Counted from the stretch's first letter, positions 1 to 9,054 are shown. The stretch: 36,563 bases of DNA from a virus (IMGVR_UViG_3300044723_000506:1-36563); one strand, 5' to 3'. The notes: a model not told the origin generated them from the sequence alone. Translations and numbers: made by a program.

Positions 1-6
1 TTGGAC

Positions 7-175
7 CTGGCACGAATGTTGCAACACAAGCAAAACACGTGCCAACATTGGACATGCAAGAGTCGTGCCAATAGTTATCCACAGGTTATCCACAGGTTGC
101 CCCATGCAATACTCGTGCCAACTCTGCGCCCTAGCAAGACTCGTGCCAACTTTGGACATGCAAAAGTCGTGCCAA
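7..175. promoter_or_regulatory. Array of six sigma-54 (-24/-12) consensus sites
   Basis: + strand 7-23 CTGGCACG-AATG-TTGCA. - strand 29-45 (TGTT/TTGCT), 55-71 (ACTC/TTGCA), 105-121 (AGTA/TTGCA), 133-149 (AGTC/TTGCT), 159-175 (ACTT/TTGCA), all starting TTGGCACG with GG-N10-GC spacing. Confidence 0.85.
75..94 (+). promoter_or_regulatory. Two tandem perfect DnaA boxes (TTATCCACA), 11-bp period
   Basis: TTATCCACA at 75-83 and 86-94, identical to the high-affinity R1/R4 box of E. coli oriC. Confidence 0.75.
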
Positions 176-334
176 TGTTAGGCCGGGGGCGGGGGTTGAC
201 TTGTGTTGACAATTGTAGTAGCCACTCAAGCACAAAAAAGGTGAAAACTAGGAAAAAGGAGCCTTAATTAAACACGTGTAAGCCCATGATTTCACTCGTG
301 TTACTACTACCACTGCTACTAAGCCATAAATAGC

Positions 335-363
335 TTGACTTATGTGAAGACTTATGTTATACT
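335..363 (+). promoter_or_regulatory. Sigma-70 promoter for the terS/late arm
   Basis: TTGACT-17 bp-TATACT with extended -10 TG, 28 bp upstream of the terS ATG. Conserved in the right repeat copy. Confidence 0.8.
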
Positions 364-391
364 ATTGTTGTAATTAGGGACAATTTGTGTT

Positions 392-787
392 ATGACCACT
401 GAACTTTCCGAAGTTAAAAAAAGAGGTCGTGGCAGACCCCGTAAGTCAGAGTTAGCCGCTGTAAAACCCGGTAACAAGGGTAAAGTGGGTAGACCCAAGG
501 GTGACGCCGCTATAATCAACGAGTACAAATCTCGTATGTTGGCTTCCCCTAAGTCTAAAAAGGTCCTTGAGACTATTTTTGATGCTGCCTTAGACAACGA
601 CCATAAGAATCAAGCTTCTGCTTGGAAGTTAATTATGGACCGTATGTTGCCTGTAGGTGCATTTGAGCGAGAAGTAGTGAAGGACGGTGGTAGAAACGCC
701 ATACAGATCAACATTACTGGTGTTGGTACTGTAGACGTAAGCGACGACAGTGACGTTATCGAAGGAGAAGTAGTGAATGAGTCTTAA
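392..787 (+). CDS. terS: Terminase small subunit (putative)
   Basis: Upstream of terL; AT-hook-like KRGRGRPRK and GRPKG N-terminus; IQINITGV C-terminal strand. Confidence 0.65.
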   Translation: MTTELSEVKKRGRGRPRKSELAAVKPGNKGKVGRPKGDAAIINEYKSRMLASPKSKKVLETIFDAALDNDHKNQASAWKLIMDRMLPVGAFEREVVKDGGRNAIQINITGVGTVDVSDDSDVIEGEVVNES

Positions 788-1127
788 GTACTTTACATTA
801 GATGAGTTCAACTGCCAAGTCACTGGTGAAAACAAGATGGAACCGGAGTTCCTACAGAAACTTGATCGTTTACGTGCTGGGTGTGGGTTCCCGTTTGTCA
901 TAACGAGTGGTTATAGACACCCCATAGAACATCCTATAGAAGCTGCCAAGGAAGTTCCGGGGACCCATGCCCAAGGCATTGCAGCAGACATCAAAGCCAC
1001 CAGTGCATCCCAAAGATACGACATCGTAAAACAAGCTCTAGCCCTTAATTTCACGGGCATAGGAATTGCTAAGTCCTTTGTTCACGTGGACACACGTGGT
1101 ACTACTCCTGTAATGTGGCTGTACTAA
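777..1127 (+). CDS. Endolysin, peptidase M15 family (Zn peptidase)
   Basis: YFTLDEFNC start, ITSGYR, H-AQG-IAADI and FVHVD zinc-ligand motifs. Confidence 0.85.
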   Translation: MSLKYFTLDEFNCQVTGENKMEPEFLQKLDRLRAGCGFPFVITSGYRHPIEHPIEAAKEVPGTHAQGIAADIKATSASQRYDIVKQALALNFTGIGIAKSFVHVDTRGTTPVMWLY

Positions 1128-1480
1128 TGCTTTATACTAAAAATATAAATCTAACTGATACCAGTACTCAAACCGTTGTTACTATTCCTAACGGTTACGT
1201 AGCTCACTGGAATTTAGTTTTTGTTGCTAATTTAGGCAACGCCACTAACTCCATAACTCTTTACGTGGATAAGCCTAGCCCTACTCCTGATGTTTATATT
1301 TACAACGGAACTAACGTAAACTCCAAAGCAAACTTAATTATTGATGGAGGAGCAGTTTTTGTTCTACAGCCTAACGATATCATTAAGGCATCTTCAGGTA
1401 GTTCAGGAAATGTCGAAGTAGTAGTAACTTTTGATTTACTCCCTGCAACAACACAGTTTAATAACTTTAATGGATCTTGA
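1127..1480 (+). CDS. Hypothetical beta-rich protein, possibly a virion decoration protein
   Basis: Start coupled to the endolysin stop (TAATG at 1125-1129); alternating beta-strand pattern. Confidence 0.6.
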   Translation: MLYTKNINLTDTSTQTVVTIPNGYVAHWNLVFVANLGNATNSITLYVDKPSPTPDVYIYNGTNVNSKANLIIDGGAVFVLQPNDIIKASSGSSGNVEVVVTFDLLPATTQFNNFNGS

Positions 1481-2720
1481 CATTGAGCTACTGCCGTGGC
1501 AACAAGAGGTCTGGGCAGACAACACTAGATTTAAGATTGTAGCAGCAGGTAGACGTACAGGTAAGTCCAGACTTGCTGCATGGATGCTGATTGTAAACGC
1601 TTTGCAGGCCGAAAGAGGCCACGTGTTCTACGTAGCGCCAACACAGGGACAGGCACGTGACATCATGTGGCAGACCTTGTTAGACTTAGGCCACCCTGTG
1701 ATCTCAGGTAGCCACATTAACAACTTGCAGATTAAGTTAATTAACGGTGCAACCATAAGCCTCAAAGGGGCCGACAGACCAGAGACTATGCGTGGTGTGT
1801 CGCTTAAGTTCCTTGTGTTGGACGAGTACGCAGACATGAAGCCTGACGTATTTGAGCAGATCCTAAGACCTGCCTTGGCTGACCAGAAGGGCTGTGCGAT
1901 GTTCATTGGAACACCAATGGGTCGCAACCACTTCTACGACTTATATAAATACGCAGAGATAGGTGACGACGAGACTTACAAAGCATGGCACTTTACTTCC
2001 TATGACAACCCAATCTTGGACCCAAATGAAATTGACACCGCTAAGAAGTCTATGTCGAGCTATGCGTTTCGTCAGGAATTTATGGCGTCATTTGAAGCTC
2101 GTGGGTCAGAAATGTTTAAAGAGGACTGGGTAAAGTTCGGAGAAGAAAGTAGTGGTGAAGGAGACTACTACATTGCAGTTGACTTAGCTGGTTTTGAAGA
2201 AGTAAACAAGAAGCGTACAAAGAACACTAGGCTTGACGAGACGGCCATTGCTGTAGTAAAAGTAAATCCTAATGGTTGGTTTGTTGAAAACATTATTTAC
2301 GGTAGGTGGACTCTCGACGAAACAGCAGCTAAGATATTCCAAGCAGTCCGAGACTACGAACCAGTTAGCGTAGGTATTGAAAGGGGTATCGCAAAGCAAG
2401 CAGTAATGTCCCCTCTGATGGACCTACAGAAGCGTCACGGGACGTTCTTTAGAGTCGAGGAACTAACCCACGGAAATAAAAAGAAGACTGACAGGGTCAT
2501 GTGGGCGTTACAGGGGCGGTTTGAGAATGGCTTTGTAACACTTAAGAAAGGGGAGTGGAACTCTAGGTTCTTAGACCAACTTTTTCAGTTCCCTGACGCA
2601 CTAACTCACGACGACTTGATAGATGCTTTAGCTTACATAGACCAGCTTGCACACGTAGCGTACGACTATGATTATGAAGTCGATGACTATGAAATTTTAG
2701 ACGTAGTATCAGGATACTAA
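1470..2720 (+). CDS. terL: Terminase large subunit
   Basis: Walker A AGRRTGKS, Walker B LVLDEYA, GTP coupling motif, RNase H-like IAVDLAG and HDDLIDALAY. Likely start MDLDIELLPWQ at 1470. Confidence 0.95.
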   Translation: MDLDIELLPWQQEVWADNTRFKIVAAGRRTGKSRLAAWMLIVNALQAERGHVFYVAPTQGQARDIMWQTLLDLGHPVISGSHINNLQIKLINGATISLKGADRPETMRGVSLKFLVLDEYADMKPDVFEQILRPALADQKGCAMFIGTPMGRNHFYDLYKYAEIGDDETYKAWHFTSYDNPILDPNEIDTAKKSMSSYAFRQEFMASFEARGSEMFKEDWVKFGEESSGEGDYYIAVDLAGFEEVNKKRTKNTRLDETAIAVVKVNPNGWFVENIIYGRWTLDETAAKIFQAVRDYEPVSVGIERGIAKQAVMSPLMDLQKRHGTFFRVEELTHGNKKKTDRVMWALQGRFENGFVTLKKGEWNSRFLDQLFQFPDALTHDDLIDALAYIDQLAHVAYDYDYEVDDYEILDVVSGY

Positions 2721-2721
2721 T

Positions 2722-4782
2722 ATGACCGAACTATTTGAACAAGACCCCTTGTTGATAGAAGAAACTATCGAAGACTGGGTAATGACTAAGTGTGACGACT
2801 GGCGTGACAACTACGAGTCAAACTACGAAGCACGTTTTGATGAGTACTACAGGCTCTGGAGAGGCATCTGGGACCCTGCTGACTCAGAACGTAAATCAGA
2901 AAGAAGCCGTATCATTGCCCCTGCTCTTCAGCAAGCTGTGGAGTCTAACGTAGCAGAACTTGAGGAAGCTACTTTTGGAAGAGGCAAGTGGTTCGACATA
3001 GCTGACAACATGGGTGATACAGAGCGTCAAGACGTGTTATTCCTAAGAAACAAACTAACGGAAGACTTTGAGGACTGTAAAGTCCGTAAGGCAGTAGCAG
3101 AGTGTCTTATTAATGCTGCTGTGTTTGGTACAGGTGTTGGCGAGATTGTCATCGAAGAAATGAAAGAGATGGCACCAGCTACACAGCCTATCATGGGTGG
3201 TGACTTAACGGCAGTCGGCGTCAACATTACTGAGCGTGTCAAGGTAAAACTTAAGCCTGTGATGCCTCAGAACTTCCTTATTGACCCTGTAGCAACAAGC
3301 ATAGACGACGCTATGGGTGTTGCCGTAGATGAGTTCGTAAGCTTACATCAGGTAGAGATGCTACAGGAACAAGGGGTTTACAGAGACGTTCACGTAGGTA
3401 TTGCTGCTCCTGACTCTAACTTAGAGCCTGACCAAGACTTAACCATGTACACTGACGACAAAGTACGTCTTACGAAGTACTACGGTTTAGTCCCCAGAGA
3501 ACTACTTGACAACGCCTTTAAGGACGATGAAGACGACAGTGATGACGATGAAGTAGAAGAAGTAGAGTTAGTAGAAGACTCCAAAAGCAAGTCAAAGTAC
3601 GTAGAAGCAGTCGTAGTAGTTGCCAATGGTGGTGTCTTGTTGAAAGCCGAGGCTAACCCTTACATGATGCAGGACAGACCTATCGTAGCCTTCCCTTGGG
3701 ACGTAGTTCCCTCTAGGTTCTGGGGTCGTGGTGTGTGTGAAAAGGGTTACAACTCACAGAAGGCTTTGGACGCTGAGTTACGCGCTAGGATCGACGCTCT
3801 GAGCCTCACGACTCATCCTATGTTAGCCGTAGACGCCACTAGGATGCCACGAGGTGCTAAACCAGAAGTACGTCCGGGCAAGATGATTCTAACCAGTGGA
3901 GACCCGCGTGAAATTTTACAACCGTTTAACTTTGGACAAGTTAGTCAAATCACGTTTGCTCAGGCGGGTGCTCTACAGCAGATGGTACAACAAGCTACTG
4001 GTGCGGTTGACTCTGCTGGAATCGCGGGTTCAATTAATGGAGAAGCTACGGCTTCTGGCATTAGTATGTCTCTTGGTGCTATTATTAAAAGGCATAAACG
4101 TACTCTAATCAACTTCCAGCAGGCTTTCTTAATTCCTTTTGTCAAGAAGGCTGCTTATCGTTACATGCAGTTTGACCCTGAGAACTACCCTGTCGCTGAC
4201 TACAAGTTCAACGCAAGTAGTACTTTAGGTATCATGGCTAGAGAGTACGAAGTAACTCAGCTTGTACAACTACTACAGACTATGGAAAAAGACTCTCCGT
4301 TGTACAACACGCTAATCCAGTCTATTATTGACAACATGAACTTGTCTAACCGTGAAGAACTACTTGCAGCAATGCAGAAAGCTACGCAGCCTAACCCAGA
4401 AGCACAGCAGATGGCTCAGGCAGCACAACAAGCTCAGATGCAGTTCCAGCAGTCCCAGACAGCAGCTCTAGCGGCTCAGGCTCAAGAGTCTGCCGCAAGG
4501 GCTACTAAGCTGGCTGCTGAAGCACAGGCAGTTCCTATGGAGCTAGAAATTGATCGTATTAGCGCAATTACAAGAAACTTGCGAGAAGGCGACCAAGAGG
4601 ACAAAGAGTTTGAAAGACGTATGCGCGTTGCAGAAACTCTTTTAAAAGAAAGACAAATCAAAGGTACAGAAAATGCTAACGGACAAAGAACTAACAATTC
4701 TCCTAGACCAAGTCAAGAAATACCTCCAGCCCCAATGGGACCGCCTAGAGGAATTAGAACGCAAAATGGAGGAATGGAGTAA
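2722..4782 (+). CDS. Portal protein
   Basis: 686 aa directly after terL; FGTGV, NFLIDP and FWGRG motifs; Q/A-rich coiled C-terminus. Confidence 0.9.
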   Translation: MTELFEQDPLLIEETIEDWVMTKCDDWRDNYESNYEARFDEYYRLWRGIWDPADSERKSERSRIIAPALQQAVESNVAELEEATFGRGKWFDIADNMGDTERQDVLFLRNKLTEDFEDCKVRKAVAECLINAAVFGTGVGEIVIEEMKEMAPATQPIMGGDLTAVGVNITERVKVKLKPVMPQNFLIDPVATSIDDAMGVAVDEFVSLHQVEMLQEQGVYRDVHVGIAAPDSNLEPDQDLTMYTDDKVRLTKYYGLVPRELLDNAFKDDEDDSDDDEVEEVELVEDSKSKSKYVEAVVVVANGGVLLKAEANPYMMQDRPIVAFPWDVVPSRFWGRGVCEKGYNSQKALDAELRARIDALSLTTHPMLAVDATRMPRGAKPEVRPGKMILTSGDPREILQPFNFGQVSQITFAQAGALQQMVQQATGAVDSAGIAGSINGEATASGISMSLGAIIKRHKRTLINFQQAFLIPFVKKAAYRYMQFDPENYPVADYKFNASSTLGIMAREYEVTQLVQLLQTMEKDSPLYNTLIQSIIDNMNLSNREELLAAMQKATQPNPEAQQMAQAAQQAQMQFQQSQTAALAAQAQESAARATKLAAEAQAVPMELEIDRISAITRNLREGDQEDKEFERRMRVAETLLKERQIKGTENANGQRTNNSPRPSQEIPPAPMGPPRGIRTQNGGME

Positions 4783-4855
4783 TGCCAAAGGAGAAGGACC
4801 CAAGGTTGGAAAGGGCGGGAGTAAGCGGGTACAATCAGCCAAAGAGGACTCCTAA
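4673..4855 (+). CDS. Possible overlapping small coiled-coil protein (60 aa)
   Basis: AAGG upstream; amphipathic helix in an alternative frame, fully overlapped by the portal tail and the next gene. Confidence 0.4.
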   Translation: MLTDKELTILLDQVKKYLQPQWDRLEELERKMEEWSNAKGEGPKVGKGGSKRVQSAKEDS

Positions 4856-5066
4856 CCATCCGACTAAGTCGCACGTAGTAGTGGCAAAAGAAGGAGACGA
4901 AATTAAAACCATTAGGTTTGGACAGCAAGGAGTTAGTGGTGCAGGTAAAGCCCCTAAGTCTGAGAAAGAAAAAGCCAGACGCAAGTCATTTAAGGCTCGT
5001 CATGCAAAAAACATTGCAAAGGGTAAGATGTCGCCAGCGTACTGGGCAAACAAGGAGAAATGGTAG
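4782..5066 (+). CDS. Small basic phage protein (DUF6321-like)
   Basis: KSHVVVAKEG..IRFGQQG..RRKSFKARH..AYWA; GGAG RBS; translationally coupled to the portal gene. Confidence 0.75.
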   Translation: MPKEKDPRLERAGVSGYNQPKRTPNHPTKSHVVVAKEGDEIKTIRFGQQGVSGAGKAPKSEKEKARRKSFKARHAKNIAKGKMSPAYWANKEKW

Positions 5067-5215
5067 TGGCAGGTCTATATGATAATATCCACGCAAAACG
5101 CAAACGAATCGCTGCGGGTAGTAAGGAGAAGATGCGTAAGCCGGGTTCCAAAGGTGCACCCAGTGCTAAAGCCTTCCAACAAGCAGCCAAAACAGCCAAA
5201 AAGAGGAAAAAATGA
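5066..5215 (+). CDS. Small basic protein (49 aa, not in ORF track)
   Basis: AAGGAG at 5052-5057, GTG start; MAGLYDNIHAKRKRIAAGSKEKMRKPGSKGAPSAKAFQQAAKTAKKRKK; fills the gap between neighbouring genes. Confidence 0.8.
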   Translation: MAGLYDNIHAKRKRIAAGSKEKMRKPGSKGAPSAKAFQQAAKTAKKRKK

Positions 5216-5466
5216 TGGCTAAAGGTGTACCCCACTATTTTAGAGACGGCTCTAAGCACACAGGAGGCACACACAAGATGCCTAATGGTGAAGTACACTC
5301 AGGTGCTACTCATGGCGCTACCTCTAAAAAGTTGTACCACTACGACGAACTTTCTAAAACAGCAAAGGAGAAATCTATGATGTACGGTTCTAAACCAGCG
5401 AAACCAAAGGCAAAACCAAAGCCTAAGCCTAAGCCCAAGAAGAAGCCGATGAAAAAAGGCTACTAA
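5212..5466 (+). CDS. Small basic protein with His-rich N-domain and KP-repeat tail
   Basis: HYFRDGSKHTGGTHKMPNGEVHSG followed by KPAKPKAKPKPKPKPKKK. Confidence 0.75.
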   Translation: MMAKGVPHYFRDGSKHTGGTHKMPNGEVHSGATHGATSKKLYHYDELSKTAKEKSMMYGSKPAKPKAKPKPKPKPKKKPMKKGY

Positions 5467-5473
5467 ATACTCC

Positions 5474-5502
5474 TTGACTTTAACCTAAAAATATGCTATA
5501 CT
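5474..5502 (+). promoter_or_regulatory. Sigma-70 promoter for the capsid operon
   Basis: TTGACT-17 bp-TATACT with extended -10 TG; same hexamers as 335..363. Confidence 0.8.
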
Positions 5503-5532
5503 ATTAACTATAGTATCAACTAAAGAGAACTT

Positions 5533-5781
5533 ATGAAGCCTGAGCTTGAAACTTACTTTAACAACTACAACGAACTCTTCAATACTGAAGGTTTCAAACA
5601 ACTCATTCAAGAGCTTTCTAATAATGCAGTTACTTTGTCTGACATTCAGACAGTCAAAGACACTGAAGACTTCTTATTCCGTAAGGGGCAAGTTGCTGCC
5701 TTAGCTTCTGTAATCAATCTGGAAAACACCATTAAAGTGTCCAGAGAGCAAGCAGAAGAAGAAGAAGAAGTAGATGATTAG
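5533..5781 (+). CDS. Hypothetical head-module protein
   Basis: 82-aa helical protein with FRKGQ motif and acidic tail, first gene after the promoter. Confidence 0.75.
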   Translation: MKPELETYFNNYNELFNTEGFKQLIQELSNNAVTLSDIQTVKDTEDFLFRKGQVAALASVINLENTIKVSREQAEEEEEVDD

Positions 5782-5995
5782 AGTATATGACTTCCGTTGT
5801 GAAAACGGACACGTATACGAAAAATTTGTAAACTCCTGTGACTCAACGAGTAGGTGCGAATGTGGCGCAGGAGCTACAAAAATGCTGTCTGCCCCGCCTT
5901 TTATACTTAATGGAGCTTCTGGGGACTTCCCCGGTAGACACATGAAGTGGGTAAAGGAACACGAACAAGCAGGTAGAAAACCTCAATCTCCATAA
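5774..5995 (+). CDS. FmdB-like zinc-ribbon protein
   Basis: YDFRCENGH...CECG...KMLSAP pattern. Confidence 0.7.
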   Translation: MIRVYDFRCENGHVYEKFVNSCDSTSRCECGAGATKMLSAPPFILNGASGDFPGRHMKWVKEHEQAGRKPQSP

Positions 5996-6019
5996 TGACT
6001 AAGTTCACGGAGTTTAATT

Positions 6020-6817
6020 ATGTCTAGAGCGACAATGGTAGATTCACAGCCTGAAGAGGAAACTGTGCAAGAAACCGAAGAAAACGAAGTACAAGAGATT
6101 CAACAAGAAGACTTTGTTGAGCAACCTCAAGAAGAACCTACAGTACCAGAGAAATACCAAGGCAAGTCTTTAGAAGAAGTCGTGCAGATGCACCAAGAGG
6201 CTGAGAAGCTTCTAGGGCGTCAATCCTCTGAAGTAGGAGAACTTCGTAAGGTTGTGGACGATTACATAAGTAGTCAAACACAGCAACCAGCACCTCAACA
6301 GTACGTTGAGCCTGAAGACGATATTGACTATTTTACGGACCCTCAAGCAGCCGTCAATCGTGCTATTGAGAACCATCCTAAGATTAGAGAAGCGCAGGAG
6401 TACTCTACTCACTACAAAAAACAATCATCTCTGGCAGTGCTTAATAACAAGCATCCAGACATGCAGGATATCCTTAAGGACCCTAAGTTTGCTGAGTGGA
6501 TTAAAGCTTCAAAAATTAGGACTCAGTTGTTCGTAGAAGCTGACCAACAATTTAATGCTGAAGCTGCTGATGAACTGTTTTCACTCTGGAAGGAGCGTAA
6601 AACAGTAGCAGAACAAACCGTGAAGGTTGAGAAACAAGCACGTAAGCAACAAATCAAGGCAGCTAATACGGGTAACATGCAAGGTAGCGGTGAGGCTAGT
6701 CGTAGAAAAGTATATCGTAGGGCCGACATTATTAAACTAATGAAAACGGACCCCGAGCGTTACCAAGCTTTATCAGAGGAAATCTTTAGAGCGTACGCGG
6801 AGGGTCGAGTCAAGTAA
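6020..6817 (+). CDS. Capsid scaffolding protein
   Basis: Acidic N-terminus, PEKYQGKS motif, coiled coil, AYAEGRVK end; directly before the capsid gene. Confidence 0.8.
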   Translation: MSRATMVDSQPEEETVQETEENEVQEIQQEDFVEQPQEEPTVPEKYQGKSLEEVVQMHQEAEKLLGRQSSEVGELRKVVDDYISSQTQQPAPQQYVEPEDDIDYFTDPQAAVNRAIENHPKIREAQEYSTHYKKQSSLAVLNNKHPDMQDILKDPKFAEWIKASKIRTQLFVEADQQFNAEAADELFSLWKERKTVAEQTVKVEKQARKQQIKAANTGNMQGSGEASRRKVYRRADIIKLMKTDPERYQALSEEIFRAYAEGRVK

Positions 6818-6834
6818 TCTAAAAGGAAATTGAC

Positions 6835-7815
6835 ATGGCTACTGCAACTTATCCCGGCGCGGGGGGTTTTACCGCAAAAACTGAAGCAGGTACTTTTATT
6901 CCAGAAATCTGGAGTGATGAGATTATCGCTGCTTACCAAAAAAACCTGAAGATGGCTCCTCTTGTCAAAAAGCTCGCTATGAGTGGCAAGAAAGGCGACA
7001 AGCTTCACATTCCTAAGCCCGTACGTGGCGACGCAAATGCTAAGGCTGCTGATACCGCAGTTACTATCATTGCTAACACCGAAGGCGAACTGACCGTTGA
7101 CATCGATCGACACTTTGAGTACTCACGTCTCATCGAAGACATCGTTGAAGTACAAGCTCTCAACAGTTTACGTCAGTTTTACACTGAAGACGCTGGTTAC
7201 GCTCTGGCTACCAAAATTGATGCAGACTTGCACTCTTGTGGTACTGGTTTTGGTGACGGTGGTGCAGTTGTGTTCTCAGGTTCAGTAGCGCCTACTGACT
7301 ACCAGCACACTGGTGCTTTCTTCAATGACAACGGTACGACGACTCAGTACACTGACGACACGATGGACGCAAGTGACGTGTTTACTGATGCCTTCTTCCG
7401 TAACATGATTCAGAAGTTAGACGACAATAACGTACCGATGGAAAATCGTGTACTTATTATCCCACCTTCTGTTCGTAACACGATCATGGGTATTGACCGA
7501 TACGTGTCTTCTGACTTCGTATCTGGCAGCACTGTAAACTCAGGGCTTATTGGTAACTTGTACGGCGTAGACGTTTATGTGTCTGCTAACTGTGCTACTA
7601 TCGAAGCTGCTGCTGATAACACTGCTTCTTCTGTTGATACTCGTGCTGCACTCTTGTTCCACAAAGACGCTATTGTCCTTGCAGAGCAGCAGTCAGTACG
7701 CTCACAAACCCAGTACAAGCAGGAATACTTGTCAACTCTGTACACGGCTGATTGTCTGTACGGTGTTCAGGTGTATCGTCCTGAAGCTGGTTTCGTTCTC
7801 GCTATTGCTGAGTAA
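6835..7815 (+). CDS. Major capsid protein
   Basis: FIPEIWS, GDKLHIP, IGNLYGVDVYVS and ADCLYGV motifs; biased codon use; followed by a terminator. Confidence 0.9.
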   Translation: MATATYPGAGGFTAKTEAGTFIPEIWSDEIIAAYQKNLKMAPLVKKLAMSGKKGDKLHIPKPVRGDANAKAADTAVTIIANTEGELTVDIDRHFEYSRLIEDIVEVQALNSLRQFYTEDAGYALATKIDADLHSCGTGFGDGGAVVFSGSVAPTDYQHTGAFFNDNGTTTQYTDDTMDASDVFTDAFFRNMIQKLDDNNVPMENRVLIIPPSVRNTIMGIDRYVSSDFVSGSTVNSGLIGNLYGVDVYVSANCATIEAAADNTASSVDTRAALLFHKDAIVLAEQQSVRSQTQYKQEYLSTLYTADCLYGVQVYRPEAGFVLAIAE

Positions 7816-7825
7816 TGAACTCTAT

Positions 7826-7855
7826 GGGGGTCGCTTAGGCCCCCTTTTTTCTTTT
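7826..7855 (+). terminator. Rho-independent terminator after the capsid gene
   Basis: GGGGGTC-GCTTA-GGCCCCC followed by TTTTTTCTTTT. Confidence 0.9.
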
Positions 7856-7887
7856 CTTTATTTTGTTTTCTTTAGCTGGAGCAGTCT

Positions 7888-9039
7888 ATGGGTATCTTTA
7901 GAGGTACAGGTGGTACTGGAGATGCGACTACAGATGCTGTAGCGTCTCAAGTCGGTATCGACGCAACGACTGCTTCAACTAAAGCAAACGAGGCTGCTAA
8001 TTCAGCCACAGCCGCAGCTAACTCAGCTACTGCTGCTGCAACAAGTGCATCTTCTATAGACGGAGACGTAGTAGCAACGGCTAATAATGCTGTTGCAGCG
8101 GCAACCAGCGCAACCAATGCTGCAACTTCTGAAACTAACGCTGGCAATAGTGCAACTGCTGCTGCAACCAGTGAGACTAACGCAGCTACAAGCGCCACTA
8201 ATTCAGCAGCCTCTGCAACCGCCTCAGGAACGTCAGAGACGAACGCAGCGGCCAGTGCTACCACAGCTACTACTAAGGCCTCAGAAGCCGCCACAAGCGC
8301 CACAAATGCGTCTGGGAGTGCTACAGCAGCCAGCACCAGTGCAACTAATGCAGCAACCAGCGCCACTAACGCGGGGACAAGTGAAAGCAACGCAGCCACC
8401 AGTGCCAGCACAGCGTCAACTAAGGCCACTGAGGCAGCTTCCAGTGCTACTAACGCAGCGGCTAGTGAGACTAACGCATCAACTTCAGAAACCAATGCAG
8501 CCGCAAGCGCCACGAGCGCATCTGCAAGTGCCACTACGGCTACTACTAAAGCAACGGAGGCAAGCACAAGTGCAACCAATGCTGCAACATCGGAAACAAA
8601 TGCAGCGACTTCGGCTACAAACGCAGCAACTTCGGCTACAAACGCTAGTAACTCTGCGACGGCTGCTGCTACGTCTGAAACTAATGCTGCTACTTCCGCG
8701 ACCAACGCTGCAACCTCCGCAACCAACGCATCTAACAGTGCAACAGCGGCGGCTACGAGCGAAACTAATGCAGCAGCCAGCGCAACCGCAGCGGCCACAA
8801 GTGAGTCAAACGCGGCAGCAACCTTAGCAGCTTCGGCACTAAAAGCTAACAATCTATCTGACTTAGCTAATGCAGCAACTGCCCGAACTAACTTAGGTTT
8901 AGGCACAGCGGCTACTACTGCTGCTTCTGCTTATGCTACGGCAGCACAGGGTACTCTAGCAGACTCAGCACTACAGTCAAACTCAACTTTAAACGCAGAC
9001 AACATGACAACTGGTACGCTCTCAGGCGGCACTTACTAA
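7888..9039 (+). CDS. Ala/Thr/Ser-repeat fibre protein (coiled-coil shaft)
   Basis: Recurrent ATSETNA/ATSATNA heptads, NNLSDL..ARTNLGLG fibre motif, C-terminal GGTY. Confidence 0.8.
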   Translation: MGIFRGTGGTGDATTDAVASQVGIDATTASTKANEAANSATAAANSATAAATSASSIDGDVVATANNAVAAATSATNAATSETNAGNSATAAATSETNAATSATNSAASATASGTSETNAAASATTATTKASEAATSATNASGSATAASTSATNAATSATNAGTSESNAATSASTASTKATEAASSATNAAASETNASTSETNAAASATSASASATTATTKATEASTSATNAATSETNAATSATNAATSATNASNSATAAATSETNAATSATNAATSATNASNSATAAATSETNAAASATAAATSESNAAATLAASALKANNLSDLANAATARTNLGLGTAATTAASAYATAAQGTLADSALQSNSTLNADNMTTGTLSGGTY

Positions 9040-9054
9040 CAAGGGAACTAAACA

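Larger units (their letters stand above)
1..545. repeat. Terminal redundancy, left copy (matches 36104..36563)
   Basis: Aligns with the window end apart from a 76-bp insert (47..122), a 9-bp in-frame indel in terS and scattered SNPs. 422..545 is identical to 36440..36563. Confidence 0.95.

Noticed and set aside
7790-7890. T7-like capsid frameshift extension
   Set aside because: No clear slippery site before the stop, and a strong terminator follows directly.
7947-8906. 319-aa antisense ORF and 246-aa alternative-frame ORF (8087..8827)
   Set aside because: Shadows of the GCN/ACN-rich repeat fibre gene.
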